64,000 nucleotides of DNA, taken from positions 8,928,001 to 8,992,000 of the forward strand of contig CM068756.1 in the NCBI GenBank assembly GCA_035084275.1. Reading direction: 5' to 3'. The position numbers and the translations under genes are program-made. The number at the start of each line of letters is the position of its first letter. Position 1 is the first letter of the stretch. Positions 38,893 to 52,200 of this stretch are shown here, one piece after another. This stretch comes from Hydrolagus colliei. Its lineage: Eukaryota. The notes below the pieces were generated by a model, which was not told where the DNA came from, did not search any database, and saw nothing but the letters and a program-made list of their open reading frames with translations.

Positions 38893-40440
38893 GTACGTAT
38901 AGGGAATGAATAGGGAATTACTAGATTACCTCTTGCTGTTTAATGTTTCCACCCCCTGAAGCTTTCTTTGCATTCTACATAGAGGCTGTGCACCTGCAAG
39001 CTTGTACACCAATTTAGATTTACTGTTTGCTAATTGTTTTAGAGCACTATAGAAATGTTAAATCAACACATGTGGGCCTGCCAGTTTCTGTATTTTCTGG
39101 AACCCATTTTGTTTACATAAAACCGAGTTGCCTTTATTGATGCGAGCAAGCGCATGCGTGCATTGTAATTAAGTAACTGGTTAGATGCCAAGAAATATTA
39201 AATCTGCAATAACAACAAAAATTCACCACCAAGTCCCTCAGGTGCACATTTCCACTCGTATAAATGCTTTTATTGTCCTGGACATCATCGTTTCTATTGG
39301 AGTGATTTGTCAGAAATGAACTGGCTGCTGTAGCATGCTGATTTTATTACCATCCCTTGCTTTCAAGATACTACTTTGGGTTGGCTTTGAACCGAAGTAC
39401 TTAGTTCGAAACCTGCTGCCCTTTTTTGCAACACGCTTTCTTTAATTCCCTGAGAATCAGCTTTATCAAGCTTTAAGAACAAACCTGTGACTGAGAGCCT
39501 TGGCTCTCACACGCCAATTCATCAAATGTAAAGGCCTTTGTTTGTTTTAATCTCCTAACTCACTGGTTGTAGCTATTCTGCTCATTTGTTACCGATAATT
39601 ATCAAAGCTTTTGAATGACTAACCTGTGAATGCTGCATGAGTGTTTTGGCAATAAATTTTTAAAAACACAAAAAGAAACTCATTTTAACGAGCACATTCC
39701 AAAGGTTCTGGATTTATTAGAAAACCCCAGGAAACTTTGATTGAAATTACTCTTTCTGATTGTAGTCCTACATTTTATTGGTGCCATATTGCGAACTGTG
39801 TTGCACTTGGTAATGCCTGCCAAAACTTCGGCAAATTCTGTGAAACAGGCGTCCAGTTAATCCGCAGAGGGTTCTCTCTTTAATTTTTATGCTACATTGT
39901 GTTCAAAATGCTTTCAAACTAAGCAATGCAATTTGCAGGCTTCTTAAAGTACTGCTGTGAAATTAAGATCCGATTTATGTGAGCAGTGCTCTTTTAACCA
40001 AAACAAAATCCCCCAAAAGACTTTAGTATTGATTATTTGCTGGGTGTTCGGTAGATCTTTGTTTTCTCATTTGTGCAGTCTATGATAGCAGAGCCTGGAG
40101 CGGAGTAACCACAACAGTGACAGGCTTGAAAAACAATTGGGGATTTTCATTATGTTTCCTTTTTTTACATTTTGAGTACAACTGAAATCACTTGACAGAT
40201 TACTGTGCACGTGCATCAGACTGTCAGACATTCTGATGAGGAGTTTCTGCAACACATGAAATCCGTCATTGCTTAGGAATTGACTGTATGATGAATTCAT
40301 TTGTTTTCTATATATAAATCTCCTTTTGAATATGGGGGAATATCTCTAAGGGGGACAGATTTATTATAATGTACCTTGTTATGATTCCCATAAATCATTT
40401 TTAATTGAACCGCACCCACCACCACTGTTTTGTTCAACAG

Positions 40441-40590
40441 ATTTAGGATCTACCACAGATGAAGGTAACGGAAAGTCAATGGAGGGCAGAGACCCAGCAT
40501 TGTGGCACATTGGTCTGAAAGTAGCCTGGGACATTGAGACACCAGGGTTGGCATTGCCACTGCATCCAGGCGACTGCTACTTTATGCTTG
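40441..40590 (+). CDS. FTO: FTO exon 4 (150 nt)
   Basis: (D)[49 protein letters not shown], matching human [36 protein letters not shown]; caacag| acceptor, G|GTAATA donor. Confidence 0.96.
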
Positions 40591-43500
40591 GTAATATTTG
40601 AATATTTTACCTACTTAACTTCCTGCTCATTTATAAAACGCTTTGTGGCTGAAGGTCAAGGAACAGAAGTGTTGTGCTTATAATATCTGCAACGCTCTCA
40701 TCTTTCTTCCGTTTGAAATGAATGTCTAACCAAACCTGTTTTATGTTATGGTTTATAAATGATTATTGCATTTTGAAGTACAGTGGACTTGCCTGCATTT
40801 CCTAAAGCTTGCTTTTTTTCAAAGTAGCTGTGGGGTCTTGCAACCTTTTCAGGTTCAAAATTAAAAGCACGTGTGACAGCTTGTGTTTTTATTACCACAT
40901 TTGAGTCTATAGCGGATGAAGTGTGAGATTGTTCTTTTTAAATATGAGCTCGACGACTGAAAAATGAATTATTTTCAAAACGTACCTTCCAGTATAAGTG
41001 AAATGGAAATGTGAGCCCGTGGAATTGAGTGCTGAGCTGCTGTAAGAGAGACAGTTTGCTGTGTGCACATGTGTACCCTACCTGCAAACATATAACGTAG
41101 CATAAAATTGGCTTGCAATGGGACAACGTGGATAGAATTCTTCCTTTTAACAAAGTGCAATTGGAGATTGATGGGGGATTTTATGTATACATAAAAAAGC
41201 GGTTTCCCATGATTTAATGATAAAATATCAGTCTGCAAGGGAAGTGTGGACTGACTTCTGATGTCACAAGTTTCCAGGGTGTCTGCTCCATGACCTGTTT
41301 TGCGTAAGCCATAAATGTACACACAATAGGAAGGCATGTGAAGGCTTTAATGCATTCTGTATTCTCAAGTGTTAAATAGGGCTGTTTTAATTTCATTGTG
41401 AAAGAATGATAATCTTGTCCCATCCAAAATGTTCGAAAAAGTACTTCTTCCTGGACAACACACTGACATTTAGACCTTAACGGCAAGAAACTGAGATAAA
41501 GGGTTTCAAGAGTGATAGTCAAGTGACGCTTGTAGGCTCACCTTTGTCATGACCTTTTTATGGAAACACTCACACCACTAGCTACTGGCTAAATTATACA
41601 CATTAAAGCACGAGAGAACTGTAATTTCGTTTTGCAAGAGTTTTCTTTTACTGCTTTTACCTGTACTTTACAGTACCTTTCTCACTTAAAATATTTGGTC
41701 AGTGAACTGAGCCGATGGCAAAATGGTTTACAAGCTGTCGGTAAATGAGTTGATCAGACTAATGTGCTTGCAAACCATGAAAAATTTATGAATTTGTTTT
41801 CTTTTTATTAAAAAAAGCTATTTATTTTTAGTTGTTTTACCGTGCGTCCTCCTGCACGGTTCTTTAAGCAGGAGTGTGTACAAGGCATCCCATTTCCAGG
41901 CCCTATGATGAACCAGTAGGAAAACAATCTGTGATAATTTTGCTGTCTTCTCAATGGGGAAGCAGATTGCTTTTGTATGACACTTCTTCCCCATTATACT
42001 GACCAACACTTCAAGTTTGACATATTACTCCACGCATCTGTGTACCGCCTAATTCACGGTGCATTGAATTTATATTTGAATGGTGTCTGCCATTGATTGC
42101 ATACACAAATAATAGGTATTAATGTACCAGAGGGGAAGACTATGTTTGATCAAAAGCTCATTCACCATAAACATTTGGGTTTGAGTTGTGCAATCTTTCG
42201 GGTTTCCAATTTGAGGGAAGTGAGAATGCCAATTGAGGATAACTACTAAATGCGTGTTTTGAGCTCCAAAACATATTTTATAAATATATTCTATTCTTAA
42301 TCGTAAAAAGATGAAAGAATTTTGAAAGTTGCCTTTAGCCCATCAAAACACATTTCTTTCATCAACCATTTGCAGTCACAAGTGGACACTTTCTGTTAGT
42401 AATATAATGTGCAGCTTTTAGCATTGTTTAAAAACTTAAATTGCCTTTGTTGGTTTCTGACCCATATTCCATCCTGACTTCTGCATTCCACATAACTATT
42501 GTAGTGCAGCTTAATTTGTATGAAAATACAAAAGATTAATTGTAAACTGTGAGCAGTGATTTATCAGATTCAAAGGGTGGAATTTTTGCTAATCTACAAC
42601 ATCTGCCAACATGATTCCCTTCACACCCTGTAGGCCAGATCCTGCTAAAGGCAATGCTAACAGCAGAATGAGAATGTTTCCCGTTAAACTTAAAGTGGTT
42701 GTTCCTAAACACACCTGCAAAACACTTGACACCTCCTCAACATATGTGCCAATGTTTGTCTATCCATGTGTCATATTAGATTGCTTTTTCCTGCCCTGCT
42801 AATGTCATCCATACCGTACGTAAGGGGGTACTCACTCAAGAGATGCTTATCCTTATTTTGAAAGAGAGAAAATGAACAATTCTTTGAAAACTTAATTCTG
42901 TATATTAATTCTATATTATATTTCACCCACAGACATGCAGTCAATTCACTTTACAATATACGGTACAGTGAAGCACTTTGAGACTCAACGATGCGATAAG
43001 TCGCTATATCAAGTGAAAGGATTATTATTATTTATTATTAATTTTACTTCACTTACCAGGTCACCTATCTGAATAGGAAACAAATTATTGAGCTAATTTT
43101 CAGCCTGAATCATCAAACATTTTTTCCACTAGATAGGTTATCTAAGACCAGCTATCCATTTTTATTTTTTGAATGCCATAGCCCTTGGTATCTCTTCTGT
43201 CTTGCAAGTAAAATTATTTAAAACATAGAATAATTTTGCTTTAGCCGTGAATGAATTGTTTTATGCCAGAATTTCAATTCTACACTGACTGTTGTAGACA
43301 TTTCTTTGTCAATGATGGACTTGATTTCACTGCGTGATGTGTGTGCAGACTTCCAGCAGCAAGTGAGATATTATAGGCTCCTGCAGTTATTCTTCATTAT
43401 GCGTACATTGATAGCAGGCACTCTGGCAAAGAAATTGTCAGGGATAGCCAGCAAGATTGAACCGTTCAGCCCACAAGCACACCTCTACTTTGATTAATTA

Positions 43501-44659
43501 TAGCGATAACAGAAAAAAGGCGTATATCATACAGTCAGCCTACACTTTTGGGGGAAAAGTCATGATAAAGTAGCTAGTTAAGTTAGCAGTCAAGAAATAT
43601 AGCATCATTTCTTTCCCTTTAGGCTGATGTTTGGAACAGAATGAAAATCTGAGGGCAACCCTCTGCACTTGATCCTGGCAGAGCAGGAATTCCACTCGCT
43701 GTTTGTATGCAGATCCATCTTAAATAGTGTCACAATAGACAAGAGCCAAGGCTTCCATTTTGGTAATATACTTCCTTTTAATTTTGGAGTCCCAAGTCAC
43801 ATTAACACGTTGGGTTGAATATCATCTATCTCCATATATTGCAAATATGCCAAAGGAATTGCAGCTGTGTAAGGTGCTATGGATTGATAAGAAATGATCT
43901 ATTTTGCGAATATCACAAATTATTTGCCAGCATCATCTTATTGAAGATGTATTAAAAACATAAACAATGATTCTTACATTTGATGCAGTTCCTTTCACGT
44001 TGGGAGGACTTCTCAAAGTGTTTCACAGGATTTACGGTAAAATGTAGTGACTGTACATTTTGTAAGCGAATGTGGCAGCCAATTTTCTCTCAGCCACATC
44101 CCATAACAGCCATGAAGCCAAATTTGGGTAGTGCAGTTACAAAGATCCTTTGTACTGAAAGGGTGAACAAGAGAATGGGTTAAAAAGGGATGGTTGCAGT
44201 TGAAAAGAAAATGAAGAGCGAGGAAAAAGTGCATATCATTGTCACAACACTTCTACTTTGAAAGCTTCAGAAAAGAAAATTGTCCCGTTACAAATTTCCC
44301 ATTGTAACACGGGATCAAAATTGAACTTTACAGTTTGATTTTGATTGATGAAATGCCTTAGCTGGACGTAAGCATCTGTTGCAGTTTGAAAAAATAATGT
44401 ATTTCATGTTTAACTATATGCCTCCCAATCATTTCTGTTCTCTTCAATATTGATAATTGTTTGCATTTGCTAGTCCTGTGCATTCTGCCAGAGTATTTTG
44501 TATTTCTTTCTATGCTTCTTGAATTATTGCTTCCTGCTTGTTCTGTAATATTCTGTGCAGTGCATCGTTAACTAATGTTCTGTCTTCGAGATTAAATTTC
44601 ATTTAAAATATTTTTTTGTATGGATTAAAGACGATTTGTGACTTGTAATCTGTCCTCAG

Positions 44660-44739
44660 ACGATCTTAATATGACCCATCAACATTGTGTTCTGTCTGGT
44701 CTGCAGCCTCGCTTCAGCTGCACCCACCGGGTGGCAGAG
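44660..44739 (+). CDS. FTO: FTO exon 5 (80 nt), distal iron ligand His and 2OG-binding Arg residues
   Basis: (D)[26 protein letters not shown] versus human [27 protein letters not shown]; cctcag| acceptor, GAG|GTAAGA donor. Confidence 0.97.
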
Positions 44740-47710
44740 GTAAGATTGGATGTTCAAGCAGCCTTGCTTTATTTTCGAGCCATTAGCAAAATTTAATTTC
44801 CTGACCTGGTGGTGCAACTGCTATGCCATTGTAATCTGAATATTAAAATTCACATTGATGCTTCTGCCTTTCTTTTCTCTGTCCCCCCCCCCCCCCCCCC
44901 CAATCCCAACTCTTATGTCCTTATGTTGCACAAAACTGGAAATTGAAGCAAAGATTATTTTGATACCAATATGCCTTATTCAAGATTACTTCCAGAGATT
45001 TTGCCGCCGTGATAAATATTCCACCAAACACATTACAGTGTGAAACAAAAATCAAGCTTTTTTTGTTAAATTGCAATGGACATGTCATACATTTATTATC
45101 AAAGTATGCAAAGCGAAAATGGGAAATATAAATACAGATATTGCTTGTGAAGTTATGGTATGTAAAGAGGGTTTCTTCGCCATTCATTGCAAATTTGTTG
45201 CGCTACCTGATCTTTGTACCTTACAAGGTACTATAACCTTAAGGTAGTGAAAGGCGTTGCTGGATGAATTTGCGGCTCTTCTTCCTCACAATAATCCAAG
45301 CCAGGTTAACTGAGATAGTTCCAATGTTTGGTCTGTTAAATACTATTAGTTTTCAAAGTCAAATGAGTTTGGATTAAATAGATAAAATAAGATGATACAC
45401 AAGTCTGTCACAATTGATGATATGGAAGCTGAATAATGTAAGGGGTTTTAAAATGGTCAAAACATATTTTCTTGCATTTGATTATTTACACTTCTGAAAG
45501 TTGAAAGTAATTCCTATTGTAAATCAAATTTGTGTCTCATTTAGGGAATACTTGCTTCAAGTCCAAGTTGAAATAAGCTGCTTACATTGCATTGTAATTG
45601 TAATTAAAGATTAATTTGGATTGAAGCAATATTTAAAAATTTGCACAAAAGTGAAATTAGACCATTTTTTGACTCGCATTTTGTTGAGTCCATTTTAAGG
45701 ACTAGAAATGTACAGGGAACAGAGATTCCTGTTAAAATGTTGCGTTCATGCAAGCAAGTTGTAAACTAAAGCCACTTGCATTTATATAGCAACATCTGGT
45801 CTCGGCTTTGGAAAATGTAAAAATGACTTGTCTGAATACATTTAGGTTAGTTCTATTTATTGACTTAAAGCAACACCAAGAAGAAGTATCAAATTGAAAC
45901 AAACCTGATGATGTGAGCAACTGAACAATGAACCATTTGCTCCAAAATCTTTGCAGGGCAACATTAAAGTTGTAACTTGTTGCTTGGACCAGGTTTAAGC
46001 CAGGACACCAATATAAACTATCCTCTCTTTTTCAAATAGTGGCATAGGATCAATGCTTGCAATTCCCATTTCATTAAAGAGGCCTGGGGGTTATCTGGCC
46101 GAAGTTCTGACACCACACAAGTGCATTGAATGGAACTGGAGATTTTTATAGAGAAATATTGTCTTTTACTACAGAAATATGACATCCTGTATACATTGCT
46201 CGTGCATAACTTGCACTCACCGAGCTTACAATGATGCAGAATAAAAGTTGCTGCTAAATTGATTTGAATAAAGCTTTTTTTTAAAAAAAGCCACAAACTT
46301 TGTAAGACCGCAGTGAATATCTACTTTAGCCGCTTTTGACTATCAGGACAGTAGGTCTGTTACAAACCACTCTCACAATTTGAGAAATCAATGCAGTCTT
46401 CTATTTGTTTTTGGTGTAAACTTGGCAATACACAATTTATTACACAATTTATCTTCCCTGAAGCAAACTATACAGAGCCTCGCCCTGACTACCCCTCCCC
46501 CCAACTGAATAGAAGTTATTAATGTAAAAAAAAGTAGGAAAATTCCCAGCTGAATAACAATTTGAGAACCAAGCCTGTTGCATTTAAGCATTTGCTTGTT
46601 ACTGTGGGGGTTAAGTGGCCGTGCAAAAAAAAGGGGTCTTTGCCGTTGTGCCAAACAGGGCAAAATTCTATTGAACTGACATAACGCCTTGTCAGCTACT
46701 TTTCTATTAAAGTGAAGCTGGATTATAGATCATAAAGTCATAGTCACGTAATCCGGCTTCACATATGTGGTGCATATTAAAGATATTTATTAGTAAATCC
46801 AGTGGAGCTGTGCCAATCATTCCAGTCGACCACAGTGAAACTGCACAGATCCTGTTACTTTCTGTGCTGATTTTTTTTTCAGTCAATTAATCGATCGTCA
46901 CTTAGGAGACACAATGAAGCTGAATATCTACCCATCTGTAGTGTAATACTACATTTATTGCACAAAGCACACAATTCAAACATTCTCAACTGGCTCTCAG
47001 TCTCTCAAATCTGATGATTTTCTTGAGCCAGTTGTAACACTTGAAGTGTATAATCTTGATCCAGATATAAATATTCTCCAGTCTCTGCACATGTGGTATA
47101 CGATTTCATAACACAATGGTTTTGCATTTATCAGAATTCAGGCATGCGTTTTACTCCAAATCCCCAGCTGTAAGTGAGCGCTTATAAAACAATGGCAGGC
47201 GTTTAAAATTAAATGACATTCTGAAAGGAGTTATGGTTAAGTTTAGTGTCTCTGATTAAACAATAAATCTAGGTACTTCTGCATAATGCAAAACAATACC
47301 TGAATTGTGTAAAAAGAAAAAAAAGATCAAATTGATGTGTTTTTTTTAAAACTGCACTGAGACTTGTAAGGTTATATTCCACATGGCAGTAAATTTAGCA
47401 CACTTTGACCATGTTGAACTTTGAAAGAAAAACCTAAAAGGTATTGTCAGATTGTGGTAAACATACAAATTTCATCCCCTGCCTAAAGCTAAATGTTTTG
47501 TTTCTTCTGTTCTACATTTTTTCCCAGATCATAGTTTGTCAGTAAATTTTGTTTGTGGAGATGTTCAGGTAGAATTCATTTGTGTGGTTGGATGTTCAGG
47601 CTTTTCCTCTTTTTCAACACCTTTGGCCTCATTGATCTATCGTTGCCTGTTCATTATAATTAAGTATGAATAAGCCCATTTAATATACAGTCAATCGATT
47701 TGTTTTACAG

Positions 47711-47854
47711 TGTTCCAGTGGCACCCTGGGTTATATTCTCGGACGCTGTGAGTTAGCCATGAAGAATATGCAGAAAGATCCTGAATCTGGCAATTCCTCC
47801 CTGGTTTCGCTGGAACCTGCTATTGTGAAACAAACAGAAGAGATTCACAATGAG
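47711..47854 (+). CDS. FTO: FTO exon 6 (144 nt), start of the C-terminal helical domain
   Basis: CSSGTLGYILGRCELAMKNMQKDPESGNSSLVSLEPAIVKQTEEIHNE versus human CSTGTLDYILQRCQLAL...EPAVLKQGEEIHNE; ttttacag| acceptor, GAG|GTAAAA donor. Confidence 0.96.
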
Positions 47855-49204
47855 GTAAAACCAATTCTCGGCACATTGATTTTACTTTTGCATGATTAAT
47901 GGCGTGTTCATTAGTATTAATGGCTCTGCAAAGGGCCTCGCAAAAAACAATATTGTAAGTGTTCTGAGTTAATTCTATTTGGGTATAGTTGTACCTCACT
48001 TGCATGTATATAAATTGCCGAACGGCAACATGTCTGGGTAATTCATGAAAAGAAAATAATTTTGTTCAGGCTTTAGGACAAGGTTGTCTTAAGGTCACAC
48101 ACAAATCCATAGCATGAAATCTGACCGATTATAAGCTTTGATTGCTTAAACTGTGTTAGTTAAAATACTGTTGTGTGGTGTAAACTAAGGCAGCAGTCAG
48201 TTCATCTCGAAATCCCAGGAAAGTGTTAGAAATTGCCTTTTAAATTCAGAAACAATATATTTTATACATTACCTACCTAGGCAATTAAGCTGAAGATTTC
48301 TGTTTGTGAAATTTTCAATATGTAGTAAATGGTGGATCCATTTTATTGTTAGCTCATTTAAAAAAATCTCTTTAATATGCAAGCTTTACGATTACTTTTG
48401 AGACTTCTATTGCTAGTCTAAATATCTAATGAAACTCTAGGATAATAATTATTGTTGGGAATATGGAATTACAAAGTAATTTCAGTCTTATACTGTGTTT
48501 CGTTATTTTCGGAGCCAAAGTCACTTTGGGCACAGTCCTTTTGAGACATGATTTGTTTCTTCTGATGGAGTCCAAGGCAATCTAACATAATCCCATAGTA
48601 GAGTGAAGAATTGTTGCTGTTTGTCAAACACTTCAGCGGACTACCATGTCTCAAGTTATGAAATGGTGTGAGGAAACAAAATGATTATGGGATGGGAGCA
48701 AGGAGCACTACACCACAGTAGTTATGCTGCCTTACTGACTAATATCTCTGCAAAGTGTTTTACAATCCACTTTTCTGAATACAACTGCAGTATAAAGTGA
48801 CAGCATTTCTGAACAGCGGTGAAATCCAGTAATATAGCTGTCTGAAGCATTTTTCAGGTTTGAATTGCTATACTTGCTTCTGTTCAAATCATAAACCTCT
48901 TTATATATTGCTGTGTTTAAGTTGAATCAAAGTTGGCCCATGTATGGTGGTTAGAAAATATGACAGAATACAGACTTGCACTGAAAGGTCAACAGTTATT
49001 TCTGCAATGTTGGAAGTGACAGATTGGATTGCTTGTTCTAAGTTGCCCATGAGAGCCCACATTTTTTGAGCATTGATTTTATTGACTCCGGGCGGCTAAC
49101 TAGGCATTGTCTTAAATGTATATTTTCCTAACTTAATAATTGTCCCAGTGATGGGCTTTGCAAAGATAGTTCCTGGTGTGTGTTTGTGCTGCGTGAGTGC
49201 ATGT

Positions 49205-49206
<2 letters not shown>

Positions 49207-49239
<33 letters not shown>

Positions 49240-49254
49240 TGAGTGTGTGTGAGT
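49207..49254. repeat. (TG)n microsatellite with TGAG interruptions
   Basis: Directly visible. Confidence 0.95.
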
Positions 49255-52200
49255 AAGCGTTTGAATACAGAAACCCAAAACAATTACCTGGCCAACCTTC
49301 AGATAGTTGCAGCAATGCATACTAACACGCCATTACAGAATGAATTAAGCTATCAGTGCTGCTAGCAGATCATTGTTTGGTCAGTAATAATTTACTCTAA
49401 AATATATGATCTGGCAGGCTTGATTGATTGCTGGGCCTTTGAGCCAGCTGGACAATGCTTTCAGGTTTCCGCCAACCTGCAGCTCTGGGGTTTAGCTAAG
49501 AGCATGCTAGCTATTGATTCAGTGCTCATCACGTACCACCTTGCAGTCCTCGGAAAATTGATTGAGTTTAGTCTGTGAGCAGTGCAATGTAGAAAAAACT
49601 CAGCTACTTAAATTGAAAGGGGTTAGTGCAGTTTGACTCTCGGGTCACCGTTGAGAATATTGGTCGGTACACACTCACAGCGAGGGTAATGTATGTTTCA
49701 GCATGTCAGAATAGAATGTCAGTGCAATTGGTAGTTGGACAGGTACAAAGGAAAGGAAGTATGGATTACCTGAGCAGGTGGCGTTCAGTTGCCAGCACTT
49801 CTAAATAATTGACTCTGGACACTAAATATGCGCACTAAATGTCAAGGACTTTTGCACCTGACCTTCGATATTTATTCCGAACTAAAAATTGGAGTCCTTG
49901 CCTTTAATCAGCGTGAGATGCTGTTGTCTGCGATGTTTAGAAAAACAATGCTGCAGCCCACTGAAAACAGTGACTGGGTGAATAATATTTGGAGTGTAAC
50001 TGAATGCATTTTCAATAGCCTTCACACCTACCTGCAGTCTAGCATTTCCGACAAGCAGCCTACGGTAACGGCTTACGTAGCAAATCACCAAAACTTTTCT
50101 AAATGAGTAAATTGATGCCAAAATAGATCTGTCACATTGAGTTGTAACAATTTTTGCAAAGCAGGTTGTGTGCGCCAAGGTACATTTTGTGCCTGGAGGT
50201 GAGATCAGCAATATTGACTGCACTGTATCGAGTGATGAGCAATCATTTACCTTCGAAGGTTTGGGAAACGAAAGAATTAAAGTTGCAGGGAATCATTTCA
50301 TAATTTATATTTCAAAGGGGAAGCACAAATAATATTGTATCGGTTCCTTTATTTCACTTAATACCTTCGCATCTTCCTCTTCTCCTCCTCACCCTCTCCC
50401 CACCCTCCAGGGGCTGACTGTTCAGAGATGTACGTAACCACTCTTGAGATCATTTCTCTTCATATCACTCTCCATCCCTGTGGGGAAATTGCCTGGCATT
50501 TTCTTTGTACTCCATCAAGGGACCCCTGAAATCAGAAATACACAATGTTCTTGTTGATTAACAATGAGTCGGATTTACCCATACAGCTGTCACTTTCTTA
50601 TGATGATGCATACATCCAAACATGTATTTTTAAAATGTTGATTTGCAAGCACAATTTTGGAGCAATGGGAGTGTTTGTTTGGAATGCGCTCCCTAATTGC
50701 AGGCAGTCCACGTGATAAATACTTCATAGTGATAATTCATACCAGGAGAGTGGCTGGATTTTTTTTTAGCTTCAGTTTCTTATAAACAATGCATTGGTAT
50801 TATCCTGAAGAGGCTGATTCATGCGATACTACAGGCACTGGCCATCTTACCGCTCCTCACCCAAGTGGCTGGTCTTCATGTGTGAGGAATGACCACGATT
50901 ATCAGGAGGTTAATCAACTGTGAGAATCATCAAAACCCCCAATCCAGTCTATCCTCAAACAAACAAAACCAAACAGCTCATGTCCACACACATTTACATA
51001 TTCACTGTGGATATGCTATCAGAAGGCTGACATTTGTATTAGTAGCATTGATAGTGACGTTGATAATGGCGACTTATAAAAAGGATGCCGCCCCAATGTA
51101 ATTCTGCATCTGGAGAGTTGCTATATGTAACCCTGATGTTAGACTCATCAGGAGCTAGACTCAGACTGTCAGACAGTCTAGGCTGGCACTCCAATCCAGT
51201 GCTTTAGGGTTTACCTCATTGTTGTAGACACTGTCCTTCAGTGAAGACATCAAACCAAGGTCCTGTCCATCTGTGCAAATGGACTGTACAAGTTGACTTT
51301 AAAAATACCAAGTGAGTTTTTCCTTTTGACCTGGTGAATATTTCTTCAAACGAATATGCAAATATCACTGGTCATCACCATTTGGTTGTTTGTAGGATGT
51401 TACTGTGCACAAATCGACTGCTGCTGCGTTCACCTACAAAATACACGGTTCATCACGTGAACTGCTTTGAGACGTCCTCCAAATGTGAAAGTCGCCATAT
51501 CACATATTACTGTTATGATTTTCCCAGGTGGAACCAAGGATAATCATGGCATCGGTGCTATTTCCTCGGCTAAGATCAACAATCTTAGCACAAAAAAGGG
51601 ATTTGAGCTTGTGACTGCGTTACATAGTTTTCTGAAATTTTTAACCAACTTTACCACCTCTGTTTACATGACAAAGAAACATTTGAATTCCGAATTCTGC
51701 AGGCGCGGTTTAAAATTCCTTTCAGGCCACCCTGAACCAAGTATTGGGTGTGTCCAAAACGAACTCCCACCAATTTGACGATAGACTTGAGATAAAAGTA
51801 CTAGTTGTGCTATAATCTTCAACCAAAGCTTTGTGGACCATGCTGCCAACCACATCTTTTCTGCAGCTGCATTGTTAAACTGTTTCTGCTTCGAAACCGT
51901 TACTGCAAACAGCCTGACACAGCACTCAAGTATAAACAGATTTTCAACAGTTTGATGTCTTACCCCAGAAACGCATCATTCTGTGCCAGAATTTACTGGT
52001 CTTCCAACCACTGTGCTCCCGAAATGGATTTCTCTTTACAGTGAAAATTGGCAAAGTGATAAAGGACCGTTGTCATCTTGTTAGGCACACTTTAGCGGCT
52101 TTCAGCTTGGAGACTTGATAATGACCATTGATGCTATGAGATCATTGTTTCACTAATCACATTTGGCCATGATACATTCTTAAAGAAAATAAAAACACGT

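Noticed and set aside
38893-38909. ORF-track end of the 195-aa FTO ORF (GTYRE*) and its TTG start at 38322
   Set aside because: Read-through into intron 3 and an internal start; the real exon is 38241-38892 by splice sites and phase.
40216-51175. Identical 15-mer tcagactgtcagaca at 40216-40230 and 51161-51175
   Set aside because: Roughly one or two exact 15-mer repeats are expected by chance in 64 kb, and the flanks do not align.
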